From: Chloroflexota bacterium
Lineage (GTDB): Bacteria > Chloroflexota > UBA6077 > FW602-bin22
Length of the DNA: 64,000 bases
NCBI GenBank assembly: GCA_004297775.1
Contig: SCUE01000007.1
Span: 258,861 to 322,860, forward strand
Reading direction: 5' to 3'
A program made the position numbers and the translations under genes. Below the pieces are notes generated by a model. That model saw only the letters and a list, made by a program, of their open reading frames with translations. It had not been told where the DNA came from and ran no database searches. Numbering within the stretch: position 1 is the stretch's first letter; each line of letters starts with the position of its first letter. Positions 28,416 to 38,281 of the stretch are shown here, in pieces.

Positions 28416-29159
28416 CTAATCGCGGCGCCAGCTCATGTCGCCGACGACGATGAATGTTCTCGTCGATTCGACCGCGTCGATGGCGTGAATCTCGCGCATG
28501 ACCAAGCGATCGAGCGCGGCCTGATCGGGCACAACGAGGCGACAGATCACGTCGGTTTCGCCGTAGACGGTGCTGGCCTCGGCCACGCCGTCGATTCCAC
28601 GAAGCGCTTCGAGCACGATCTCCACTTGCTTCGCCGAAGCCTTGATCAGGACATAAGCCTGCACGGCGCCCCCTTTGCCGACTCCCACTTGTCGAACGAA
28701 CGACCTTTCACCGACGCGAAGTATCGTTGGCTGGCCGGCGATCGCGGCGGCGCGCAGCGCATCGCCAAGCACGCCGTAGATATCCCCATCATCGGGCGCG
28801 AACAACTTCAGGATCACGTCTTCCGATTCGCCGTAGACGACGCTCGCTTCGAGGACGTTGTCGTGCCGGCGCGCCAGTTCGATCACATCCTGCCAACGGC
28901 GCGCCGGAACGGCCAGGAATACGTACGCGAGGGCACGCTCGCGTCGCTCGACCATCTCGACCGCGTTCTGGACCGAGAATCCGCGACGGTGATACATCCA
29001 GATCGCTTTGATCCGGCCGGCGTCGTCGTCGGAGTAATCGCGCCGCGAGATCCGGCGCTTTTCGATCAGACGGGGATGAATGTGTCCCTGGGCCTCGAGG
29101 TAGTGGACGAATCGCTTGCTGAGTCCTTCGACACTACCAAGGACGTCGGCTAATCGCAG
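28416..29159 (-). CDS. MerR-type HTH fused to two Lrp/AsnC ligand-binding domains; probable CTG start
   Basis: Frame is open for 54 codons upstream of ATG 28997 and encodes 'RLADVLGSVEGLSKRFVHYLEAQGHIHP...RRDYSDDD'; two 'VYGExDVI' AsnC domains. Confidence 0.8.
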   Translation of the reverse strand: MRLADVLGSVEGLSKRFVHYLEAQGHIHPRLIEKRRISRRDYSDDDAGRIKAIWMYHRRGFSVQNAVEMVERRERALAYVFLAVPARRWQDVIELARRHDNVLEASVVYGESEDVILKLFAPDDGDIYGVLGDALRAAAIAGQPTILRVGERSFVRQVGVGKGGAVQAYVLIKASAKQVEIVLEALRGIDGVAEASTVYGETDVICRLVVPDQAALDRLVMREIHAIDAVESTRTFIVVGDMSWRRD

Positions 29160-29332
29160 GCGAGCTTGCCCGCGTGGGCATGATTCTCACGCTTCATCTC
29201 GTGGAAGATGATGTGCGTGGAATCGGGCGAGGCCTTCAGATGGGCAACAATCGCGTCCGTGATCGCCTGCGCGCAGGCTCGCTTCTGATCGATCGATCGG
29301 CCCTCGAACATTTCGACGATGACGTACGGCAA
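29150..29332 (-). CDS. 4-oxalocrotonate tautomerase family protein
   Basis: N-terminal catalytic Pro, 'EGRSIDQK', 60 aa; RBS AGGAGG, TTG start. Confidence 0.92.
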   Translation of the reverse strand: MPYVIVEMFEGRSIDQKRACAQAITDAIVAHLKASPDSTHIIFHEMKRENHAHAGKLACD

Positions 29333-29376
29333 TTTCCCCTCCTATTTGGCGGTTCGAGTGTATAAATTCTCACGAT

Positions 29377-29877
29377 ATGACAGACGTAACGCTCACTGAC
29401 AACGAACCAGTCGACGTGGCTCCCGCCGAACCAGCCCGCTTCTTCATCGACACCAACTGGTACGAGGGGCAGGGTCGTTCGTTCCGAGCTATGGCGCAGG
29501 GACGATTCTGCCCGGCCTGCACCGCGAAAGTTGGTTCCACCGTGGAGGATCGTGTGCCGGTCGTGGAGAAGAAATCGAACCGAGTCGTGTTCGAGACACG
29601 CGACGTGGCGTATGGCGACCAGCCGATGGCGGTCATCCGCGGCTGCTGCTCCAAGCAGCGCAATTACATCACACCAGATACGCCCTTGCTCGAGGCGGTA
29701 TTTCGCGTGTTCCTGGCGACGGGCAACCAACCGGCGACTATCGAGCGCATTCGGGAGCAGCTTGGCGATTGGATTTCGCCGCGCGACCGGCCGCACAACT
29801 ACGCGGAAGAACTCATCGCCACGCTGCTCATGCATGATCGTGGCTACGGGCTGCGGGAATTCGCACTCGTCACGTGA
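29377..29877 (+). CDS. Hypothetical protein, possible Zn-binding plus winged-helix-like C-terminus
   Basis: 'FFIDTNWY', CPAC and GCCS, 'LLEAVFRVFLATGNQP'. Confidence 0.8.
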   Translation: MTDVTLTDNEPVDVAPAEPARFFIDTNWYEGQGRSFRAMAQGRFCPACTAKVGSTVEDRVPVVEKKSNRVVFETRDVAYGDQPMAVIRGCCSKQRNYITPDTPLLEAVFRVFLATGNQPATIERIREQLGDWISPRDRPHNYAEELIATLLMHDRGYGLREFALVT

Positions 29878-29980
29878 CCCCGTGAACAGTACTTGCGGGT
29901 GATGCAGACCTAGCATACAGGGCTATTTTCCGGGTCTCGATGCACGGGTACCGTTCCTGGTATCTGGGGCGTGGAGCAAG

Positions 29981-30271
29981 TTGATGACCGAGAGTACCAG
30001 TGCGTTGCCGCACCATCATGGAGGCCGGCCGCGCCACCAACGGAACCTGATCGTGCTCGCCTCGCCGGATCGTGGCGCGTCGATCGCGCAGCGCCTCGCC
30101 GACGAAGGCTGGGACTGCCCCGATGATCCGGTCGTCATCGAGCCGCGACGGACGATTCCGGCGCGTGTCCCGATCGGGTCGATGCCGAGCCGGCCGACGT
30201 CTGACGCCGCGGCCAGTCGCGACGGGCGTGATGGGCCATGGGCGGCGGTGACGCGGTTCTTCGGGCGGTGA
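29981..30271 (+). CDS. Small hypothetical protein with C-terminal amphipathic helix
   Basis: GGAG RBS; GTGA overlap with the next gene; ends 'WAAVTRFFGR'. Confidence 0.45.
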   Translation: MMTESTSALPHHHGGRPRHQRNLIVLASPDRGASIAQRLADEGWDCPDDPVVIEPRRTIPARVPIGSMPSRPTSDAAASRDGRDGPWAAVTRFFGR

Positions 30272-32802
30272 CCGATTCGACGATTCTCCTGGGCACCGCG
30301 ATTGAGGCCGGCCACGCGACCGCGGTCGCGATCGAGTGTCGCCGCGGAGCCTGGCGCGTCTCCGCGTCCGCGCGCGCCATCGCCTCGGATCGGCGCGGCC
30401 ATCCATCGGTAAGCGACGGCATCCGCCATGCGGTTGGACTGGTCGAAGAGACTCTGCAATCCGACCTGATCGCTCGCGCGCCGCGACAAGACGTCCAGTT
30501 TCCTGGCGGGCCGCGGATATCGCTCACGACCGATTTCGGGCCTCGGATTTGGCTCCTGGCGTTTGATCGCCGGCGCGACATCGTCGCGGCGCACGACCGT
30601 TTCGCCGAAATCGATTGCACCATCGCGTTGGCGGAGCTGGTACCGTCGCGTCGTGCCCGCGCGGTCGCGGACGAAATCGTCGACCGCGTGGCCCGCGAAC
30701 CGTCGCTCGCGCCTGATGTGATTGTCGTCGTCGGATGCCGGTCGGATCGCGCGCTCACGGCGTTCTTCGATTCCCTGCGGCCGCTCTGGTCCGAAGATCG
30801 ACGACCGCGACTCGTGTTCATGGGGCGCTTACCGCGCTTGGCGTTGTCTGGCTGGACGTCCACGGCCATCAGCGACGGCGTGAAAGACATCGCGTCCGAC
30901 ACGTCCGCGCGATCGCGCGGATTGCCGATCGAGCGCTGGCTCGGAACCACCGCGGTATCGGCCGCCGCTTCGCGTCTACGTGCCGCGACGCTACTGGCGG
31001 CCGAACGTCGCGAGACAGTCATCGTGATTGATGCGGATCGAGCCGGCTGGCTCGGATGCGTATCGGTCGATCGACAAGGCAGGGCGCGCCCCCCGATCGC
31101 CCGTCGTGGCCGCGGCGCTTGGCTGTCTTCACTCCCGGAATCGATCCCCGTCGGTGATCGCGAATGCGACGACGCCGCGGCGCGCGCTCGCGTCACGTTA
31201 CGCAACCTATGGGGCGCCCTTCCGCGCAAACTCGCGTCAACGGGTCGATCGACGATCGTGGTCGTCGGAAACGTGTTGCCGGCGCTCCCGGCGGCGACGT
31301 TGACTGGCGTCGTGAACGCGGCGATCGAGCATCGCGGTTTGGTCACGATCTTCGCCGATGACGCCCACGCATTCGGCGCGATCGGCGCAGTTGCGGCCGA
31401 AGACGAAGGGATTGCCCGCGCCGCCCTTTGTGATGACGTTCTCCGACCGATCGCCTCCGTCGCGCGCCGGCCGTCGAGGCGTAGCGCCGACGCCGACTGC
31501 GTCCTCACCATGCGTCCAACCAGCGTCAGCCGATCCGGGTCCGCAACCGCCGAAGTCCGCGTCCGCGTTTCGCCAGGCCAGATCCGATCGTTTCCGATCG
31601 CCCAGGATCGCGACATCTCGATACGGCGCCGACCGTGGCACGACCCATTTGGCTGGCGCGCCGCGATCGTGACTCGAGTGCCCAGAAGTGAACTCGGTCT
31701 GATCATCGATACCCGACCCCGTGACGCGATCAGAGATCTCGGCTTCGTTCAGAAGCGCGATTCCTGGGTAGCTCCACACCAATCACACGGCCCCCGACCG
31801 ATGCGCCATCTCGGCGGCGACACGATCGCGCTTCGGCGCCGATCCTCGATTCCCTCCTCGTTTCGCCCCACGGCCCATTCGGGGATGACAGTGGACATCG
31901 GCGACCGCCTTGCATCCCCGCCGGACGATGGATTCCCGGTCGACGTCTCGCCACTGGGCGACTCCGAGGTGGCCGATGCGCATCTCGTCGCGCGCGGCGG
32001 GGAACGTGTCGTTCGCGGTCAGACGATCGCGCGCAAGAGCTCGTTCTTCGGGCTGCGCAAGACGGTCGTGCGTTCGCCGGCGACTGGCCGCCTCGAAATT
32101 GCGCCTGACCGCGCTGGAGTCCGCATCGTGCCGGACTGGCAGTGTTCGGATGCCACGGCGCATGTGTCAGGCGTCGTGGTTGGCACCGATGATGACGGGC
32201 CTGTGCTCGCTTCGGAGGCGGTGTTGTTCGATGGCGCGATCGCGCGGGGGCCGAGTTGTCACGGCCGCTTCGTCGCGGACCATACCGGCACGGCGCACCG
32301 ATCGACCCTCGAAGGCGCGATCGTCGCGGTCCGGCACCTCGACGCGCTGGTGCTCGGTAACGTAGCGCGGCGCGGAGCGGTCGGAGTCGTTGCCCGAAGC
32401 GTCGATGCTGACCTTGCCGCGCCGTTGGCCGGAAGAGACGGCACGCGCGCGATCCTCGCGCTCATCGCCAACCCGAATGACACGCTGCCCGACAGCGTGT
32501 GGGAGGCGATTCTGGCGCACGACGGCGCCATGGCAGCCATCTTGATCGATGGGCACGATGGCGCCGGTATGCTGGCAATCGAACAGCGCGGAGCCGGCCG
32601 GGCGATGCCGGGTCCGAGTTCACTCGATGTTGGCCACCGCGTCGTCGCGCACGCGGATGGGCGCACCTCGTACGGCTCAGTCGCCGCCACCTCGGTGGCT
32701 CCGCGGTCGTTCGATCAGTCGCTTGCCCCGGCCGTCGAAATCCGCGCCGATGACGGCGACACGTTCTGGGTTCCCGAAGGCTTGGTCGAACGGGTCGCCT
32801 GA
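30268..32802 (+). CDS. Degenerate glutamate mutase L (GlmL/MutL, ASKHA-like) domain fused to barrel-sandwich hybrid and SH3/KOW-like domains
   Basis: N-terminus follows the GlmL-like pattern ('...WRVSASARA...VSDGIRHAVGLVEE'); C-terminal half has 'GERVVRGQTIARKSSFFG..VRSPATG'. Confidence 0.6.
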   Translation: MTDSTILLGTAIEAGHATAVAIECRRGAWRVSASARAIASDRRGHPSVSDGIRHAVGLVEETLQSDLIARAPRQDVQFPGGPRISLTTDFGPRIWLLAFDRRRDIVAAHDRFAEIDCTIALAELVPSRRARAVADEIVDRVAREPSLAPDVIVVVGCRSDRALTAFFDSLRPLWSEDRRPRLVFMGRLPRLALSGWTSTAISDGVKDIASDTSARSRGLPIERWLGTTAVSAAASRLRAATLLAAERRETVIVIDADRAGWLGCVSVDRQGRARPPIARRGRGAWLSSLPESIPVGDRECDDAAARARVTLRNLWGALPRKLASTGRSTIVVVGNVLPALPAATLTGVVNAAIEHRGLVTIFADDAHAFGAIGAVAAEDEGIARAALCDDVLRPIASVARRPSRRSADADCVLTMRPTSVSRSGSATAEVRVRVSPGQIRSFPIAQDRDISIRRRPWHDPFGWRAAIVTRVPRSELGLIIDTRPRDAIRDLGFVQKRDSWVAPHQSHGPRPMRHLGGDTIALRRRSSIPSSFRPTAHSGMTVDIGDRLASPPDDGFPVDVSPLGDSEVADAHLVARGGERVVRGQTIARKSSFFGLRKTVVRSPATGRLEIAPDRAGVRIVPDWQCSDATAHVSGVVVGTDDDGPVLASEAVLFDGAIARGPSCHGRFVADHTGTAHRSTLEGAIVAVRHLDALVLGNVARRGAVGVVARSVDADLAAPLAGRDGTRAILALIANPNDTLPDSVWEAILAHDGAMAAILIDGHDGAGMLAIEQRGAGRAMPGPSSLDVGHRVVAHADGRTSYGSVAATSVAPRSFDQSLAPAVEIRADDGDTFWVPEGLVERVA

Positions 32803-33710
32803 CCGGCGCCGATGTCGCCGCGTTGCAGGGCGAACCAGAGATAGAAGGCGACCAAACCGCGCCACGGCATCCAAGCTTTGGCACGTAACCGCATCTCCCG
32901 CTCGTCAGGATCACTGGACAGTCCGTAGAGACGCCGCAGCGCCGCCCGCTGTCCGGCATCGCCGGCCGGAAACACATCCTGGCGGCCAAGTCCCCGCAAG
33001 AGGACGTATTCGGCCGTCCATTGACCGACGCCGCGAATCGTCGTCAACGCCGCGATCGCCGCGTTGTCACCCAGATCCCTCAGTGACGCAAAATTGAACT
33101 GCCCGTCGACGACCGCGCGAGCGATCGCCGCGACGTAGGAGGCCTTCTGTCGGCTGATCTGCAACTGGCGGGCCTCGTCGATCGTGAGCGTCGCCAATTG
33201 GCCCGGCTCGGGGAAGAGCGTATGCGGGCGTCCGAACGCGTGAACTCGGCGGCCACGCGCATCGACGAGTGCGCGCTTCATGCGCGCGGCGAATGCGATG
33301 TTGACCTGCTGGCCGAGGATCGCCCAGATCGTCGCCTCGAATGGGTCGGGGATCGTCAGCGGACGCAATCCGCGGTATTGATGAAGCAAGCGGCCGATGG
33401 CTGGATCGCGCTCGGCAATGCGGGCGACTTCGCCATCAGTCGGCACCGGCGCATCGAGGCCAAACGCGCGCGACACGATAGCGCTCGCGATGTCGAGAGC
33501 CGCCGCGTCCGCGCCCGGGCCATCAATGCTGATATCGAGACGATCCTCAAGCGGCGCGGCACGCACGACCGCGACGCCACCCGGCGCCTGAAATGCCCGG
33601 AAGTACACGCCGTCGATCACGGTCTCGACGATCGCGGAGGGCGAGGTGGCCAGATAACTGGCGACGAAATCGAACCGAAATGGTGGCGCGACCTGGATTT
33701 CGAGCCTCAT
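32715..33710 (-). CDS. alkA: DNA-3-methyladenine glycosylase II (AlkA family)
   Basis: '[13 protein letters not shown]', HhH 'IRGVGQWTA', 'FPAGD', 'PWRG'. Confidence 0.9.
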   Translation of the reverse strand: MRLEIQVAPPFRFDFVASYLATSPSAIVETVIDGVYFRAFQAPGGVAVVRAAPLEDRLDISIDGPGADAAALDIASAIVSRAFGLDAPVPTDGEVARIAERDPAIGRLLHQYRGLRPLTIPDPFEATIWAILGQQVNIAFAARMKRALVDARGRRVHAFGRPHTLFPEPGQLATLTIDEARQLQISRQKASYVAAIARAVVDGQFNFASLRDLGDNAAIAALTTIRGVGQWTAEYVLLRGLGRQDVFPAGDAGQRAALRRLYGLSSDPDEREMRLRAKAWMPWRGLVAFYLWFALQRGDIGAGQATRSTKPSGTQNVSPSSARISTAGASD

Positions 33711-33735
33711 GGATTGGTTTATACTCGCGCCCGTC

Positions 33736-34088
33736 GTGCCAAGCGCCTACTACCCGATCTTCATTCTGGTGGCACTCAGCGCCTTCGTCATGGTCGTTGT
33801 GATGAATCTGCCGGGGATGATTGCGCCACGTCGATCCTTCCCAGGCAAGCTCACGCCGTACGAAAGTGGCATTCGACCGATCGGCCCGACCCGGCGTCGG
33901 TTCCATGTCAGCTTCCACATGATCGCAATGCTCTTCATCCTGTTCGACATCGAAGTGGTGTTCTTCTACCCATGGGCGGTCACGTTCCGGCAACTGGGTA
34001 CGTTCGGCTTCGTCGAGATGCTTGTGTTTGTCGCGCTGTTGATGGTCGGGTACGTCTACGTAGTAAAGAGGGGCGCGTTCAAATGGGA

Positions 34089-34092
<4 letters not shown>
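33736..34092 (+). CDS. nuoA: NADH-quinone oxidoreductase subunit A
   Basis: 'PYESG', '[10 protein letters not shown]', 'KRGAFKWE'; start GTG 33736 or ATG 33709. Confidence 0.95.
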
Positions 34093-34597
<505 letters not shown>

Positions 34598-34601
<4 letters not shown>

Positions 34602-35185
34602 GCGACGCTCAGACTAGCGCCCCGGACGCTCCGCCTCCGCATCCGGTGCTCGCTCGGTTGCGCGAGGCACTTGGCACAAACGCGGTGCGCGAAGAGACCG
34701 TTGGCGGTCAACTCGGCGTCCGCATCGCGGCGAACCACGCCCCGAGCGCGATGCGGGTTCTTCGGGACGATTCGACGCTTCGGTTCAGCCATCTGTCCGA
34801 TGTCACGGCGGTCGATTACCTGGAGTACGACCCGGACGGTAAGCCGGGCGAAGGCCGAACTCCGCGTTTCGATGTCGTGTACCACCTGTACTCGATTCCG
34901 CTGAACCAGCGCGTGCGCGTGAAGGTCGCTGTGGACGAGGACGGCGATCGGATCGCAAGCGTAACCGACCTCTGGCCGTCGGCGAACTGGGCCGAGCGTG
35001 AGACGTTCGACCTGTTCGGGATCGTCTTCGAAGGGCATCCCAATCTGACGCGCATCCTGACGCCCGAAGATTGGCAGGGGCACCCGCTCCGCAAGGATTA
35101 CCCGCTGATCGAAGAGGACATCGAATTCACGACCACGTTGGAGCGGCTGAACGAGGGTCCACGTTCGCGCGGCGCGGGAGGCTGA
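34598..35185 (+). CDS. nuoC: NADH-quinone oxidoreductase subunit C
   Basis: '[16 protein letters not shown]', 'GHPLRKDYP'. Confidence 0.96.
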
Positions 35186-35186
35186 C

Positions 35187-36395
35187 ATGACTGACGCCAC
35201 CCAATTGCGCGGCGCCACACTGGTTGAGGAGGACGGCCGGCTCCTTCTCAATATGGGCCCACAACATCCGGCGACTCACGGTGTTCTACGACTGGTCCTC
35301 GAGCTTGACGGCGAGATGGTGCTTTCGTGCCGACCGGTGATCGGCTACGTCCACACCGGGATCGAGAAGACCTACGAGCACAAGACGTACCTCCAGGGCG
35401 TCACGATGACGGACCGGATGGACTATCTGGCGCCGCTGTCAAACAACCTCGCCTTCGCGCTCTGCGTCGAGAAGCTGATCGGCGTCGTGCCGCCGCCCCG
35501 AGCCACGGTCGCGCGCGTGATCCTGGCCGAATTGACTCGGCTCAATTCCCACCTTGTCTGGCTCGCCACTCAGGCGCTCGATCTTGGCGCGATGAGTGTC
35601 TTCTTCTATGCGATGCGTGAGCGCGAAATGATCCTCGACATCTTCGAGGCGTGCTCTGGCCAGCGGCTTATGACGTCGTACATCCGGCCGGGCGGGCTGT
35701 ACTACGACTTGCCCGATGAATTCGCCGAGAAGGTGAACGAGATCCTGCGCGTCTTCCCGCCGAAGATCGACGAATACGAGGATCTCCTGACCGGCAACGA
35801 GCTGTGGCGCGATCGAACCGTCGGCATCGGCAAGATCGGCGCCGATGACGCGATCGCGTGGGGCTTGAGCGGCGCGTGCCTGCGCGCTTCCGGCGTGAAC
35901 TGGGACATTCGCAAGGCCGAGCCGTACTGCGGCTACGACCAGTACGAGTTCGCGGTTCCGCTTGGAACGAACGGCGATATCTTCGACCGCTACCTCTGCC
36001 GAATGCGCGAGATGCGCGAGAGTCTGAAGATCATTCGGCAGGCGCTCGCTCGGTTGCCGGACGGCGACTTCACGGCGCACGACCACAAGATTTCGTTTCC
36101 GCCGCGCTCGGAGCTCGCGACGAGCATGGAAGCGCTCATCCACCACTTCAAGTTGGCAACTGAGGGGTATCGCGTCCCGGCCGGGGAGGCATTCGTTCCG
36201 ATCGAGTCACCGCGAGGAGAGATCGGCTTCTACATCGTGGCGGACGGCAGCGGGAAACCGTACCGTGCCCACGTGCGAACGCCGAGTTTCTACAACCTCG
36301 CGGCGATCTCGAAGATGGCTGAGGGAGGCCTAGTGGCCGACCTCGTAGCCCTGATCGGAAGCCTCGACCCCGTGCTGGGAGACGTGGACCGCTAG
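35187..36395 (+). CDS. nuoD: NADH-quinone oxidoreductase subunit D
   Basis: 'NMGPQHPATHGVLRL', 'DRMDY', 'GDVDR'. Confidence 0.97.
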   Translation: MTDATQLRGATLVEEDGRLLLNMGPQHPATHGVLRLVLELDGEMVLSCRPVIGYVHTGIEKTYEHKTYLQGVTMTDRMDYLAPLSNNLAFALCVEKLIGVVPPPRATVARVILAELTRLNSHLVWLATQALDLGAMSVFFYAMREREMILDIFEACSGQRLMTSYIRPGGLYYDLPDEFAEKVNEILRVFPPKIDEYEDLLTGNELWRDRTVGIGKIGADDAIAWGLSGACLRASGVNWDIRKAEPYCGYDQYEFAVPLGTNGDIFDRYLCRMREMRESLKIIRQALARLPDGDFTAHDHKISFPPRSELATSMEALIHHFKLATEGYRVPAGEAFVPIESPRGEIGFYIVADGSGKPYRAHVRTPSFYNLAAISKMAEGGLVADLVALIGSLDPVLGDVDR

Positions 36396-36428
36396 GCTAC
36401 ACTACGCGCCCCTGGAGATTGACCGACC

Positions 36429-36974
36429 GTGCCATTGAGCGAAAAAGCGCGCGCTGAGATACAGGCCGCGATTGAAGCCTACCCGCGGCGCCGAACGGCG
36501 ATCCTGCCCGCGCTTCGAGCGGCGCAGCGCGATGTTGGTTACCTGGGTCAGGCCGAGGTCGAGGAAGTCGCGGCTCTCATGGAGCTCGACCCCAACGCGG
36601 TCTACATGCTGGTCACCTTCTACGACATGCTGTATCGAGAGAAGAGGGGTCGGTACGTTCTCGGCGTCTGCAAGAACATCTCGTGCTTTCTGCGCGGCGC
36701 GGACGACATCCTCGAACATCTGCAGAAGAAGCTCGGAGTCGGGCTGAATGAAACGACTCCCGACGAGATGTTCACGATTCGACCTTTCGAATGTCTCGCG
36801 TCGTGCGGCAGCGCCCCGGTTCTCCTTTTGAACAACGAGGAATACTGCGAGCGACTGTCGATCGAGAAGGTCGACGCGTTGATCGAAGAGTTGCGTGCGC
36901 GGCCACCCGAGGCCGCGGGCGAGCACGGCATTCCGTGGCCGGTCTTCCAGGCGGAGTTGGCCCAGAATGGCTGA
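36429..36974 (+). CDS. nuoE: NADH-quinone oxidoreductase subunit E
   Basis: 'CKNISC...ECLASC' 2Fe-2S ligands. Confidence 0.95.
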   Translation: MPLSEKARAEIQAAIEAYPRRRTAILPALRAAQRDVGYLGQAEVEEVAALMELDPNAVYMLVTFYDMLYREKRGRYVLGVCKNISCFLRGADDILEHLQKKLGVGLNETTPDEMFTIRPFECLASCGSAPVLLLNNEEYCERLSIEKVDALIEELRARPPEAAGEHGIPWPVFQAELAQNG

Positions 36975-38280
36975 GTACGAGAAGGTTCTGACCCGGAACG
37001 TGGGCGTGCCGCGCGCCTACGACATCGACGTCTACGAGTCGCGCGGCGGCTACGCCGGTCTGAAGAAGGCCCTCACTGAGTTCCAGCCGGACCAGGTGAC
37101 CGATCTGGTGAAGAACACCGGACTGCGCGGCCGCGGCGGTGCGGGATTCGCGACCGGTTTGAAGTGGTCGTTCGTGCCGAAGGGGCCAATGCAGAAGTAT
37201 CTCGTCGTCAATGGCGATGAGTCGGAGCCAGGAACATTCCACGACCGTGAGTTGCTGGAGAACGATCCGCACCAGTTGGTCGAAGGCGCGATCATCACCT
37301 GCTACGCGGTTGGCATCACGAAGGCGTTCTTCTACATCCGCGGCGAATTTGCCCTCGGATACCACCGCCTCCAGAACGCGGTGAAGCAAGCGTACGAGAA
37401 GGGATATCTCGGCAAGAATATCCTCGGCGGTGGCTTCTCCTGTGACGCGTACACCATCCAGGGCGCCGGGGCGTACATCTGCGGCGAAGAGTCGGCGTTA
37501 CTCGAGTCGCTCGAGGGGAATCGGCCAATGCCCCGTTCGCGGCCGCCATTCCCGGCGGTCGTGGGCCTCTATGCCGGTCCGACGGTTGTCAACAGCGTCG
37601 AGACGATCAGTAATATCCCGCATATCCTCGTCCGCGGCCTGGAGTGGTATACGAGCCTGGGTACCGCGCCCCGGAACACCGGGCCGTTCATCTACAGCTT
37701 GAGTGGCCATGTCAACAATCCCGGCAACCACGAAGGGCCGCTCGGCCTCACGATTGGCGAACTAGTCAATGACATCGGTGGCGGTGTCCTCGGTGGACGC
37801 ACGATGAAGGCGTTCATTCCGGGCGGTGCGTCCTCGGCCTGGTTGAAGGGCGACTGCTGGGATGTCAAGCTCGACTTCGACACGTTGGGCGGAATGAAGA
37901 CGATGCTCGGGTCCGGCGCGCAGATCGTGCTCGACGATCAGTGCTGCGTGCCGCACGCGGCGGTTCGTCTGGCCGAGTTCTACAACCACGAGTCCTGCGG
38001 GAAATGCACTCCATGCCGCGAAGGGACGCGCTGGATGGTCAAGCTCGGTCGGCGAATCATCGAAGGCTCGGCTGATTCGAAGGACATCGACACCCTGTTC
38101 CGCATCGCCGATCGGATCGGATTCGGTCCGCCGAACAAGATGACGCTCTGCGCTCTCGGCGACGCCTCGACGAGCTGTATCACGAGCACGGTTCGTCAGT
38201 GGCGCGACGAGTGGGAGTACCACGCGAAGCACGGTCGGTGCCCGACTCCAACGGGCAAGCCCGTAAACCTGGCGGTGTAG
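36967..38280 (+). CDS. nuoF: NADH-quinone oxidoreductase subunit F
   Basis: 'LRGRGGAGF', 'DESEPGT', 'YICGEE', 'ESCGKCTPCREG'. Confidence 0.97.
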   Translation: MAEYEKVLTRNVGVPRAYDIDVYESRGGYAGLKKALTEFQPDQVTDLVKNTGLRGRGGAGFATGLKWSFVPKGPMQKYLVVNGDESEPGTFHDRELLENDPHQLVEGAIITCYAVGITKAFFYIRGEFALGYHRLQNAVKQAYEKGYLGKNILGGGFSCDAYTIQGAGAYICGEESALLESLEGNRPMPRSRPPFPAVVGLYAGPTVVNSVETISNIPHILVRGLEWYTSLGTAPRNTGPFIYSLSGHVNNPGNHEGPLGLTIGELVNDIGGGVLGGRTMKAFIPGGASSAWLKGDCWDVKLDFDTLGGMKTMLGSGAQIVLDDQCCVPHAAVRLAEFYNHESCGKCTPCREGTRWMVKLGRRIIEGSADSKDIDTLFRIADRIGFGPPNKMTLCALGDASTSCITSTVRQWRDEWEYHAKHGRCPTPTGKPVNLAV

Positions 38281-38281
38281 G

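Noticed and set aside
33198-34088. Long N-terminal extension of NuoB in the ORF track
   Set aside because: It overlaps alkA and nuoA; the GTGA-coupled start at 34089 gives a normal NuoB
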